Assembly: GCA_050084515.1 (NCBI GenBank)
Contig: CM114271.1
Span: 5,084,001-5,148,000, forward strand
Source of the DNA: Blasia pusilla
Taxonomy: Eukaryota
DNA: 64,000 bases
Direction: 5' to 3'
A program made the translations under genes and the position numbers. The notes beneath the pieces were generated by a model, which had not been told where the DNA came from, did not search any database, and saw only the letters and a program-made list of their open reading frames with translations. Shown here one piece after another: positions 53,315-64,000 of this stretch. Within the stretch, counting starts at the first letter, position 1. The number at the start of each line of letters is the position of its first letter.

Positions 53315-53379
53315 CTATGTCCACGATGAATCGCTTGATCAGTCGCCTTGCTGATATCAAGATGAGTCGCCTTGATGGG

Positions 53380-53480
53380 TAGCTCGAATCGTCTCGCGAT
53401 CGTTCAGTCGAACCGTCTCGCTCTCGTTCGGTCGAATCGTCTTGCTCTCGTTCGGTCGAACCGTCTTGCTCTCGTTCCCT
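53380..53480. repeat. ~23-bp tandem repeat (4 units)
   Basis: tcgaa(t/c)cgtct(c/t)gctctcgttcgg repeated. Confidence 0.8.
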
Positions 53481-53697
53481 CGTATCGACTCGCGATGACT
53501 CGCCATGTGAAACGCCCCTTGGTATCTGATTAGCTACTGCGCGGGAGAGAGAGGAATGGAGTCACGAAATGAGAAACCGGAAATGAGCGATTTCTGCCCT
53601 ATTTATACTTTTCTAGCCGTTGGGCTGACCGTTGGGTCCCGTCGTCCTTTCGACGGCGACGTGCCGGAGGTTACGGAAGTCCGGACGTGAAAAATGG

Positions 53698-54310
53698 CAA
53701 CCAGTCGGAGTCCGACAGGTTGCACGCCTCCGCCGTCCTGGGTACATCGCCATGTGCGCGAGCAACCCGTCGGTCTCCGACGGGTTGAGCGCCTCCGCCG
53801 TCTTCGGACAAGAACGCGAGGTACCCGCGCAACCCGTCGGAGACCGACATGTTGTGGGCCTCCGCCGTCTTTGGACAAGAACGGGACGTACCCGCGCAAT
53901 CCGTCTGAGACCGTTGGGTTGCACGCTTCCCTTGTCAAGGGTTAACAACGCGGGCTTCCCGCGCAACTCGTCGGAGTCCGGCAGGTTGCACGCTTCCTTC
54001 ATGTAAGCACCACAAGGCGAGGCCCTTGCGCAACCCGTCGGAGGGCGACGGGTTGCACGCCTCGCCGTCTTTGGGCAAATAGGTGCGGCACCCGCGGAAC
54101 TCGTCTGGAACAGACGGTTTGCACGCCTCCAGCATCTTTGGGCAAGAAGGAGCGGTATCCGTGCAACTCGTTGGAGAGCGATGGGTTGCCAGCTTCGACC
54201 ATGTTTGCGTTTGAAGGTAAGGCGAAGCGGGCAACCCGTCCGAAGCCGACGGGTTGCAGGCTTCGCTTAGCTTGGGTTAATTGTTGAGTAACCAGGACTC
54301 CGACGGGTTC
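53698..54310. repeat. ~67-bp minisatellite with a 25-bp palindromic core CAACCCGTCGG-NNN-CCGACGGGTTG
   Basis: Cores start at 53698, 53763, 53830, 53897, 53964, 54031, 54097, 54164 and 54232. Confidence 0.9.
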
Positions 54311-54566
54311 CAACAAAACGAAGTGTGCTTCGCAACCCACGTCTCTGCTTCCCAAATCCGGTAACACATTGCAAGAGAATTGAATATGTTGCAAGAGAAT
54401 TGGATCCATTGTGTCAGACAATGTCACCTACCGAATTCATCTTGTCAGTAAAAATCTATCAGGAGTATCTGTATTCCTATTCACTATAAATTAAAAATTC
54501 TCATTCTCATTCTCATTCTCATTCTCTTTCTCATTCTCACCCTCCTCCCGTACGAAATTTCTGGGA

Positions 54567-57150
54567 ATGGATAATTATGTGAAGCTCACTTGTGGCAGTC
54601 ATCTGGCGGCCCTTCCTCAATCAGAAATCATTCAACCGCAAGCTCGTGAGTCTTTCATAGCAGTGGATGAAAATTTTCTCTCTATTCGATTTCTTCTCCA
54701 AATTGGAACCATCTTTGTATCCAAAGATGTTAGGGTGGACGGTACGGAAGACATAATAGGTGAGACGGTCCAGCCAGTGACCTCAGACCGTAAAGTATGG
54801 AATCTCCTACCTCTAGCAAATGGTCAATACAGAGTTTACGGCCTGCCCCTGAATTCCTCTGTTTCCCAAGTAGACGGTCTAGAATTTCCTAGTGCTCCGA
54901 GCTCTACGTTTGCAACTCCAAGCTCTGTAGATCCGACTTCGACTCCAACTTCACACGCTCGTATCAATGTTGTTCTTCCTGAAGAGATTCCGGATGTTAT
55001 CAACCTCAATGGATCTGTCGGACACCAACCGGGCCCTCTGTCCGCCTACTAGTTCCTCTTGCGAGTATCAGGCAATAGTTTGCTTTCGTCTCTGGCCTTG
55101 AAAATGTTCAAGCACATTCTTGTCGACGAGCTGCCGCCCACGTACGATGGTAATTGCATTTTTGAGTTGCCTCCACTTGCCGCTCCTGCTCAAAAGAAAG
55201 ATGGAGGACGCCTGAAGGGTATGGGCAGAAAGTCTGATTGTCATCGATGGTGCAAGCTTCAACGGACTAGTGCTTCAATTCCAGATGGTCCTTGGATTGT
55301 CTCCCGCCGCCAATGCGTGGGAGCCTTGGAGTGTAGAAGTCCAGCATGCCCGTATCTAGAGCGCAACGGGCAAGTCAATACATCGCAATTCACCCCTAAG
55401 AATGCAGAAACTCCATACGAGGTCGGTGCCACCATACCGCCGGGAGGCCATCGATGTCCTCATTGTCAGGCATCGCCCTTCTGCGTTGGAGCGTGTCCTG
55501 CATACATATTTTTCATTGTCCACGACTTGGGCTCCACGCCGTAGTACACAAGGTCGGGCAGTTCATGTTGGCTCCCACACTCATCCTCAGAACCGATGTC
55601 TGAGAGACACATCAAGGAGGATGTGGCGAAGAAAGTTGCCGAGGTCTACAGAAACTCTCCGGGTTCAAAGCCCAGAGTGATCAAGCTCACAACGGCATCA
55701 CAAATTTGTGAAGAATTGCTTGGAATCCCTAGACAGGGCAAGATCATGGCGGCTGAGGAGAAACAACTCTGGGAAAATCTCGCATTTCTCGCTGATCCTG
55801 AATGCTTCCGGAATTTGCTGCGTCAAATACGACTGATGGAAAGACGGCCGAAATGGATGCCATCGCCAGAATCAAGGCCAACTCCAGATTTCCATTCATT
55901 TGAGATGGCGTTCATGGGCCAAGGAGGCGAGGATCCGGGCCTATGTCTTCAAAATGTCAACCACAGGTCCGTCGAGTGGCCTCGATCTTGTAGATCGAAT
56001 GAGGGAAGGGGAAGATCTTTACGGCAGCTGGGTAAGCTTTGATATTTGCTACAGAGTGCTGAACGGATGGTTGACGATAGATGCTCACGTTTATGACCAT
56101 ATGGAGAAGGGACTCAAAACTATATTTTTCTGTGAAGTAAAGGAAGAAGACGTTGGCATTTTGAAGATGTGCTGGTTACTCTTATTGGAGGTGGTGAAGG
56201 AAAACAAAAGGCCACCTCCGGAAATTTATGGGTTCATGGCAGACAATGCACAACCTGGGTGGATTGCTATCCAAGAAGTGTTCTGGGGTGGAGAGGTTTA
56301 ACCGGAGAGGGAAAGGTCGGATGCTTTCCATTGGCAACAGTCTGTGACCGAGTACACCAAATCTTGCATCAAGGAGAATAAGAGGACAGAGCATGTCACT
56401 CTACTCCAACGCTGCAAGGACAACAAAACCTTGAAGCAAGGGCATGGAATGCAGGAAGAACTTCATGGGTGGTGGAGGAAGCATGCGATTGAGGGGAAGT
56501 ACAAAGAGTTGTGCTCTTGGTTGAGTTGGTGGACTGTACGTAAGAGACAATGGGGAAACTTCATGCGGTAGGTGAGTTCACTATTTTGTCTTGTCAAGCT
56601 CACGCTGAGAATTTTTTGTAAAGTTGTAGCTCAGGGTGAGAAGCGTGGGAACTATAGGGATTTCAAACCGAAGAAACCAAGCAAGCCGTCGGATGTGACG
56701 GGTTGCCCGAGTGTGCAACCCGACGGAAACCGACAGGTTGCATCTTGAATTTTGGTGCAACCCGAGTGTGCAACCCGTTGGGTCCCGACGGGTTGCAGAG
56801 TCATTCATGGGATACCTCGGCCTTGCAACCCGTCTAGTTCCGACGGGTTGCAGTAGGTGGGTTTAAGGTTACAACACGTCGGGACCTGACGGGTCGCAGA
56901 GTCGTTCATGGGATGCCTCGGGCCTGCAACCCGTCTGGTTCCGACAGGTAGCTTATGTCTTTGACTCATGAGTTATTTTCGTTCCCTTCTAACATTGCCG
57001 TCGTTGCAGGGATTGAACGTTCATGAAAATGCCCTCTGCCCCAACACAAGTGGAGCAGAAAGTGTTCATTCCTCCTGGAGGTCGTCACAAGCATGCCAAC
57101 AAAATTCACTTGTGGAGGCATGCCAACAAGACCAGGCAAGAGCAATGCTA
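54567..57150 (+). pseudogene. Mutator-like (MULE) DDE transposase with an N-terminal GCM/WRKY-type Zn domain; intron about 56570-57009
   Basis: QCVGALECRSPAC..CPHC..C..C..HVGSHTHP (GCM-like). SFD (56041), FMADNA (56242), DAFH ((C/D)xxH, 56320), NTSGAESVH (E at 57058). Stops and frameshifts present. Confidence 0.75.
56681..56950. repeat. Six more copies of the CAACCCGTCGG-NNN-CCGACGGGTTG palindrome in the putative transposase intron
   Basis: Copies at about 56682, 56716, 56771, 56826, 56872 and 56927. Confidence 0.85.
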
Positions 57151-57319
57151 TAGTCTGCAACATCCCATATCTTCCTCACATAAGTCATAACAAAAGGAAG
57201 GGGGCCGTCGATCTACGAGCTCTATGTCAGGGCGGAACCGGAACACCTCCGCTGGTCCAACTCCCAACGTCGCCAACTCCATGGCGGAAAACAATGGAGT
57301 CTGGCTCACCCTAGTGGCC

Positions 57320-59070
57320 ACCTCCAACAACGTGGTTGATAGTGGCTCCACCTGAGCCGGCATAGGAGTGGTCTCTCCAACTCCTCGTGATTTTGATGCA
57401 CTTTTCCCACTCGTGGGCACTACTAGTCATCGAAGCACCATCGACGGTATATGAAGTGCTTCCAACAATGTGAACGACTGGGGAATCCTGGTTTGCCGCC
57501 CATCGATCCCCTCCTATGGGTCAATCTCACCCCAATCACCACCAGAGCAGCCTGAACCTGAGCCACACTACACCTAAATCCCATCCCCATAGAATCCTCA
57601 TCAACATCATGATATGATGTCCAAGTGGCGCCATACTAGCTACTCTCAGCTCCATGCCTGCCCTTAGCTACATCATTGTCATGGCAACAATCCTCTGCTC
57701 CAACTAATCGATGCGAGTAAGGAGCGTTGCATTGGCTGCATGACCTCCATCTCTTGTGACTAGTGATGGCACTCTACCACCCCAACCATCCACTACTCGA
57801 TCTCCACCAACTCTCTCGCCCCCAAGTCTTGTGCCTACCTCTGGATGTACCTCCCGACAAAGATCAAAAAACCTATCCCTATTGTGACCATATCGGTGAC
57901 AATGATCACACAGCAACTATGGAGGGGCCATCCTTGGTGGCTCTTGAGCAATCGAAGGCACCCTTGGCCCTCTACCATGTTGTGGGCAGTCCCTCTACCT
58001 ATGTGGCCCACCAGACATCCAACAAGCCAACCTTGGTCCCTGTTGGGTAACATATGTCGGTACGGGTTGATGCCTCATCATCTCATGATACATGCCCTGC
58101 TCTTTGGGCCCACCGGCCCACTCCCATCGTACTGGTGCATGTTGGGGTAAATGTGGGTCTACTCCTACTTGTCGACCCATTCAATCCCACGAAAATCTTG
58201 TGGTCATTACTTGCTCCTCACTCATGTTGAGCTCTACCCACTCAGACAACTCGAAGACCACCTTTAATGTGGGCTTCGCTTTGTGAAGCAACATCACATC
58301 CCGAACTCTCCTCCGTAGCTACTCGTCCAACACCCCGTACCAATACTAAACTGGCTACGCCTCAATCACTCCATATGTCATAATGATCAATCTCCGCATG
58401 CGCATGAAGGCCTCTCTTAAAATCTCACCCGATCTTGGCTGAAAATCCTATAGACTCTTCTGCTTGTCGGTCCGCACGTCCTAGTAGTTTCTTCCCAACT
58501 ATAAAAAGAACTCCAATGTAGGTCTGAAACTCGGTGGTCCTCTACCACGAGAGGTCTCCGTCACCTTGTCACTCTCACTGCCATCCTCTCCATCTCGTTC
58601 TCGGGTTGATGGTGAAGGTCTCTCCGCTCTTACTATCCCATCATTCGCCTCGCGGCCACTAGTGGACACATATCCTGGAGCCCAAAACACCCTCCAAGCA
58701 TCAATCTCTACATAGTATAGAGATCGGAACTCCATGTAATCATCCATCAATGGACCCTCCAAGTATTGGAACAACCCGTTCCATGCCATGAAAGGGTTGA
58801 AAACATGTCGGGGCCCGTATCTCGTGGAAGTCGCACCACGTGTCAAACTCTTGGATGAAGTCATCTAGATCTATGGTGCCTACCACACCCGAGAAACGAT
58901 GCATGCCTTGGTGGCCCATATCGTCCATCTCTCTCCACGTATCATTGTCCCCGTCCGCGATCTCGTCACCAAACCCGATGTTTAGTGATGACAATCTAGC
59001 CGCGGATGGAAGTTGGCATGGTTCATGACTAGAAACCCCACAATACCTCATGCCACTCCGTGGTACTCCA
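57320..59070 (-). mobile_element. gag-region relic of the split-repeat/DNMT gypsy family
   Basis: HRFSGVVGTIDLDDFIQEFDTWCD, FNPFMAWNGLFQYLEGPLMDDY and CDHCHRYGHNRDR align to about 38190-39600. Confidence 0.8.
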
Positions 59071-59079
59071 CTACCACTA

Positions 59080-61620
59080 CTCGTACTACCCCTTTCTTTG
59101 TTTAGTAAGTCACGCTCTCAATGCTGATCTGCATCCAAACACACATTGTGGTAAGTCGGGTCTTGGATCAATCAGCGTGCTAACTTTTTGAGTTCTCGTC
59201 TCGGTCTCTTATCAAGCTCAACCTTTCTAGTTTCGCGGTTTACAACACGGGAAAATCTCAAAAGACTTGGGACAAACTTTTGGTCGGTTTAGGAACTTCC
59301 TGGTCAGTTAAGGAACTTCAAATGGCATCTCGCGGCTAACAGCTCCAACTTTCCAATGGACATCCAATGAGTCCCTAACCGAGACTCGCACAAAATGAAT
59401 CTTCGGTCGGAATCCAAGTGTGGCATGCAAAGTCCACTCCCTTGGGTCAAGTTTGGATTTTGAGCTCCAACGCCAAACTCTCGTTCCATCCCATACCTCT
59501 GAGACGCCGTTTGGTGCTCAAAGTGGGGATTTGTGTCCCAAGACATCTTGGAGAAACTCCTCCCTTACTAGTACTTCTATGGATCTCCGGGGTTCCCTAC
59601 ATTTAGGGAAAGACACCCGGGCCTCTCCAATTGGCCCTCAACCCGATTGTCTCCTAGTCGTGTTTGGCCAATATCTCATTCTGTACTCATGCGTTTTCTA
59701 AGATCTTTGGTGCGTTGGAAGCGTCTCAAGATAAGATTTCCAATGCGCTCTATTTGTCTCAAACGCATCTTATGGATAAACGTTATGGTCCAAAACATAG
59801 TCAAATTCCCCAAACACTAGTCATGTTCCAAAATTGGTTCTCACCTCTTTGGCAACCAACCTTCCAAGACTCATCTCATCTCAAGTCTTGGCTCGTGTTT
59901 GGTCTAGGTTTCATGGTCGCGACCACTAATGCATGAAATGCACAACTCTGTTCCGCGCCATCATCGTAGAGTGAGTCCACTTGAGTTCTAATGTTTCCCT
60001 TGGCGCTTATTTAGTGTTGTTTGGTTACAAGGGTTGCGACACTCACCCCTCCTTAGAAGGTTGATGTCCTCATCAATGCAAACCTTTTTTAATGTTAAGT
60101 TCTGGGAAGCCGATCCCTTAACACTGAATCACGTTCTAGTAGCTAAGCCGCAATTCCTCTTTGGCTTAAGTGTTAGGTTGTTGCTTGCACCACTTAGAAT
60201 TATTAGCTTCTTCACTTCAATTAGCCTAGACCAGTTTTGCAAAACTAATCTAAACTATCAAAATAAGCCAACTAAGTCTACACACTAACACTTCACTCAC
60301 TATTTGTAAACAATTGCCTGCTTACCTAGCCAACTTGTACTACTTTTGGGTCACTCGTATTCTACTTAGGCGCATCACTAAGTTCCACTCATGCAACATG
60401 AATGAGATCACCACAAACCCCAAGACAGACTAATCTGCCCCACCGACGTTAGGGCGGGTCCAAATGCTAGTACTTCAACACCTGGTCGTGATCTAGATGT
60501 CTTATCCAAATACAAGCTCTCACCTCAAATACTCATTGTTTAGCCTCCTTGACTTACATCCTAAGCATATGAAGAACTACTCATTGCCATGCACTACCAA
60601 ACTCAAAATCAAAATCACAAGCATCGAATCTCCAAATCCATGCATTCTTTATTGCAACAACTAAATATTTCTAGTTACAACAGGTTATCGGCCCAAGCTT
60701 CCCGGTCATAAGTTCCGTCCTTTGCTTCACCATGTACTAACGTATGTGCCTATCTTGCATCCAATTGAAGTCTCACAACGCTTCTTGCGCGTGTTCAAGA
60801 TCCGCCTCCGCAATCCAAGTCGCCTCTTTCACATGGTAGCCTTTCCACTTGACTAAGTAGCCGTACTTGGCGGCTCTACGTCTGGAATGCAGAGTGGTCT
60901 CCACCTTGAACTCTGGTTCCTCATTTCTGATGATCGGTTGTGGTCTTAACACCATCCTTTGTTTTGGATGAACATTGTCTTGAAGACACTTCTTCAATAA
61001 TCACACATGGAAAGTCGGATGAATCTTGAACTAGTTTGACAACTCCAATGTATACACATTCTCAAACGGCTTTGCCTTGATCACATACGGTCCAACATAC
61101 TTGGCTGAAAATTTTCGGATAATTTGTTCGGAAGAGTTAGATTCTTTACACTCAACCACACTTGTTCCCCAACTTGGAAACTCACTTGGCGCCGACTTTT
61201 GTTAGCATGCTTCACGTATCTGAGTTGAGCTTTGGCAAGACTTTTCCTTGCTCACTCTTGTTGTTCCTGCATTTCCACTAACAAAAATTTCACCGTTGCT
61301 TGACGAGTGTGTGCCGATATAGTGCCCCTCGAAAGAGCCAAGTCAAAAGGCCCTACTGGTTCTCTTTGATACGCCAGAAGAAACGGAGATTCTCCAATTG
61401 CAAAATGCTTGGTGGAGTCGTAACAATACTCAGCCATACTTAGCCACTTGACCCAATCTCTTTGGTCCGCACTCACGTAATTCCTTAAGTACTGGTTCAC
61501 GACCGAGTTTACTTTTTCCATTTGCCCATCCGTTGTCGTGTCGAGAGTCTTTCTTTGAGTAAGGGCATGCCTTCTAGTTGCGGCAGACGTGGTCAATGCA
61601 AGGTGAACTCTCTGAGAAGT
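59080..61620 (-). mobile_element. Chromovirus 3' fragment: integrase C-terminus, chromodomain, PPT, 3' LTR (about 59080-60041)
   Basis: TDGQMEKVN..QYLRNYV, YVGPY..IHPTFHV, chromodomain FKVETTLHSR..YLVKWKGY..ATW. PPT aaggaggggtgag at 60042-60054. LTR homologous to 51569-52599. Confidence 0.9.
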
Positions 61621-61778
61621 TCTCCTTTTTCAATACAAAATTATTATGTATAATCTCCATTCTCTCACGATAGGTATCACAAATGGAATTGCCGAGGCAA
61701 TCACTTCTTCGTAACATCGGATCTTGAAATTCCTAACTATAAAATCCCTATAAAATATTTTACGCTTGTACACGAGGA

Positions 61779-64000
61779 TATCACGTCTTTTAGGATAGAT
61801 CGTGGGATCTAATAGAGCGCCTTCATGAGTAGTGGAGGACACGCCCAGTAGGTCGAGGGTGACTCTTTGAGGCTCTTGAAACCCGAGATAGCGAGGTTTC
61901 CCCTTCGTTTCGGCTCATTTGGAGCCATTTTGAGGAACTTACTATTTTAGGTAAGTACCATTTTGAGTATATGATCGACTTAATATTTTTGGTAAGTGGC
62001 CCTTGACCTCCTACATCAGGTCAAGAGCCAAGGAGGTGACTTGGGAGAATAGGTTACCATGGAGAGAGCTTGGGAGAGGAGAGGGGTATACCTCAAGGAG
62101 AGAGAGCTTGAGAGCTCATTCTCTCTTTGTTGAACCTCTTGGCATGAGGCACGGAGCTATGGTACCTTGCCTTGTGAGTGTAACCCAAGCCTCTCATTAG
62201 GAGAGTGGGTTTGGTTTGACATGAGAGAGAGTGCACACCTTTGAGAGCTATGGTGTGAGATGGTGGAGAGAGAGATTGGATCTTACTTTACAAAGAGAGA
62301 ATGAGAGAATGAGAGAGTGAGAGAGCTTCATGGGGGAGCTCACTGGTCACTCCCTGTTTTTGCAGGTTGGGACCGTGTTCCCCGTTCAGCGGCTCATGGG
62401 AGTGCTCACCGGAGCAAGGGCTGCTTTCATTACTCTTTGCATTTGCCGATTTTTCGTTTGGAAGAGTGGCGCGCGGAAGCGCTGCCCAATTTCTGATAGG
62501 GATTGAGTATGAGGGCAGGTTGCCCCATGCTGGTGCTCTCGGGAGCACCATGTAGCTTGCTGATATGTATTTTTACAGATGTTACATTTTCGTTGGGAGA
62601 AATCAGCGCGGGAGCGCTGCGGAATTTTGTGTAGGAGAAAGAGACATTGGGCTTTACGACAATCCCTGTCAGGTTTTACTGAAATGTCCAATTCTAAATA
62701 TTTTTTGATGGTAGCGTAGATCGTGAAGCTGTGCACGCTGTGCAACAAACAATACACAATTTGGAGTTGCGAGCAAAACGTTATGGGCAATCTTGTAAAG
62801 CTGCCATTGCTAGGTGATTTTTAGGGTTAAATCGTGCAAACCCTAAATCAGCCGCCACACCGGCGGCGGCCGTCGCCATCATAGTCACCGTCAACGGTCG
62901 ATGGTCAACCATCACCGTCAATGGTCAACCGTCACAATCAACGGTCAACCGTCACCATCATCGGTCGGCCGTCACCATCAACGGTCAACCGTCACTGTCA
63001 AAGGTCCACCATCCATTGTCCACCCTTTGGGTGCCATTGCCGCCATTACGGAGTGGAGGGTCTTCCATGACATTCGTTGATTCTTTGACTTGCGTCGCCA
63101 CCACATACTTTGTTTTGGCCGCCACCGTCATCGCAGTTTCTTCATCAACCAGTGAAGGCAGATGACCTCTGGTTATGGTGTTTGAGTTTTGATTTCATGC
63201 TTCTATGTTGTGATTGGTAGCCGCTCGCGACGATCGAGTATCGTGCCGTGACGCCCGTAGCCGCAACACGCCGCCGATTGCCACGCCGTGCCGCTCGTGG
63301 CCGCACCGCACCATCTCGATCGCGGAGCCGCACCGTCATTGTGGAGCGAGTGTGGGATTATTATTGATTGAGGAGGGTATGCGCCGAGTGCCGCATCCCA
63401 CCATCGAGGGCCGCGTCTTTGTTCGTCGAGCCGCCTGCGTCGCCGCAACGCCGCACCGTTCGCCGGGACCGCACTTTGTCTATCGAGGAGTTTTGAGCGC
63501 ATCGATGGAGGAGGAGTATGACTTGCTGATTGGAGGAGTTGTCTCCACGATCGAGTTGGGGTCGAGATTTGCGATTCTTGCCGAGGAGCGACATCGACAT
63601 GTGTTCAGTTACCCATTCGGTCCTTTACCCTACACGTGTGAGGGATTCGGGATTTATTTGGGGATATTGGGTGTGTGGATCGAGAGCATCATTTATGTAT
63701 GTGGTTTAGGGGACATAGACTTGTGTGGGATGTCCGGAGTTGAGGGTAGGTTGTCGATGAGATGATAGCCTGGTCGATTTGCCGCACCACGCCGCGTGTT
63801 ACCGCACGTTACACGTCTCGGGGAGAGAGAGTGTAGATCGAGTGCCGCATGTTTGGGATGAGTGATTGAGGGATTCCTCACGAGGTTGAGTGATCGGGTG
63901 AGAGGGGCACGAGGGTCATCACGAGTCTATTCGGGACTTTGAGAGGCGAGGTGGTGAACCCGAGAGTAGCTCTAGAGGTTTTACGCGGATTGGCGCGAGG
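61779..64000 (+). mobile_element. 5' end (A1 61779 to about 62291, plus leader) of another subfamily-1 element, running off the window
   Basis: Colinear with 35789 to about 38040. A1 is again followed directly by the leader, without B. Confidence 0.9.

Noticed and set aside
53698-54310. CRISPR-like array (palindromic 25-bp repeats with ~42-bp spacers)
   Set aside because: The spacers resemble one another (cacgcctccgccgtct..gg.caaga..), no cas genes are present and the context is eukaryotic. It is a minisatellite.
51569-60041. One LTR element bounded by the two ~1-kb direct repeats and carrying the MULE as cargo
   Set aside because: The PBS (51555-51566) and PPT (60042-60054) lie outside the interval. 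These are the 5' LTR of one element and the 3' LTR of another.

Overview
Eukaryotic land-plant DNA, probably from a moss (inferred from the repeat content and the gene). It holds one intact spliced gene, a BREVIS RADIX-like gene at about 28.3-30.9 kb, within nested transposons: hAT MITEs, a Copia relic split by a 5-unit tandem mini-Helitron, a CACTA end, chromovirus fragments and a MULE with a GCM-like domain. The main finding is a multi-copy Ty3/gypsy-type family whose near-complete copy lies at 35789-46215. (i) Its polyprotein reads gag-PR-DNMT3-like cytosine methyltransferase-RT-RNaseH-DDE integrase-PHD finger. (ii) It has no ordinary LTR pair, PBS or PPT. Instead it has split direct repeats, A1-body-B1-A2-B2, with an internal end-to-end junction CA-NN-TG and 4-bp TSDs, a layout otherwise typical of PAT/Ngaro tyrosine-recombinase elements. 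The methyltransferase recurs in a second, older copy, and the split-repeat layout recurs in several independent insertions and in two subfamilies. All coding copies here are decayed. Coordinates and alignments were read by eye.
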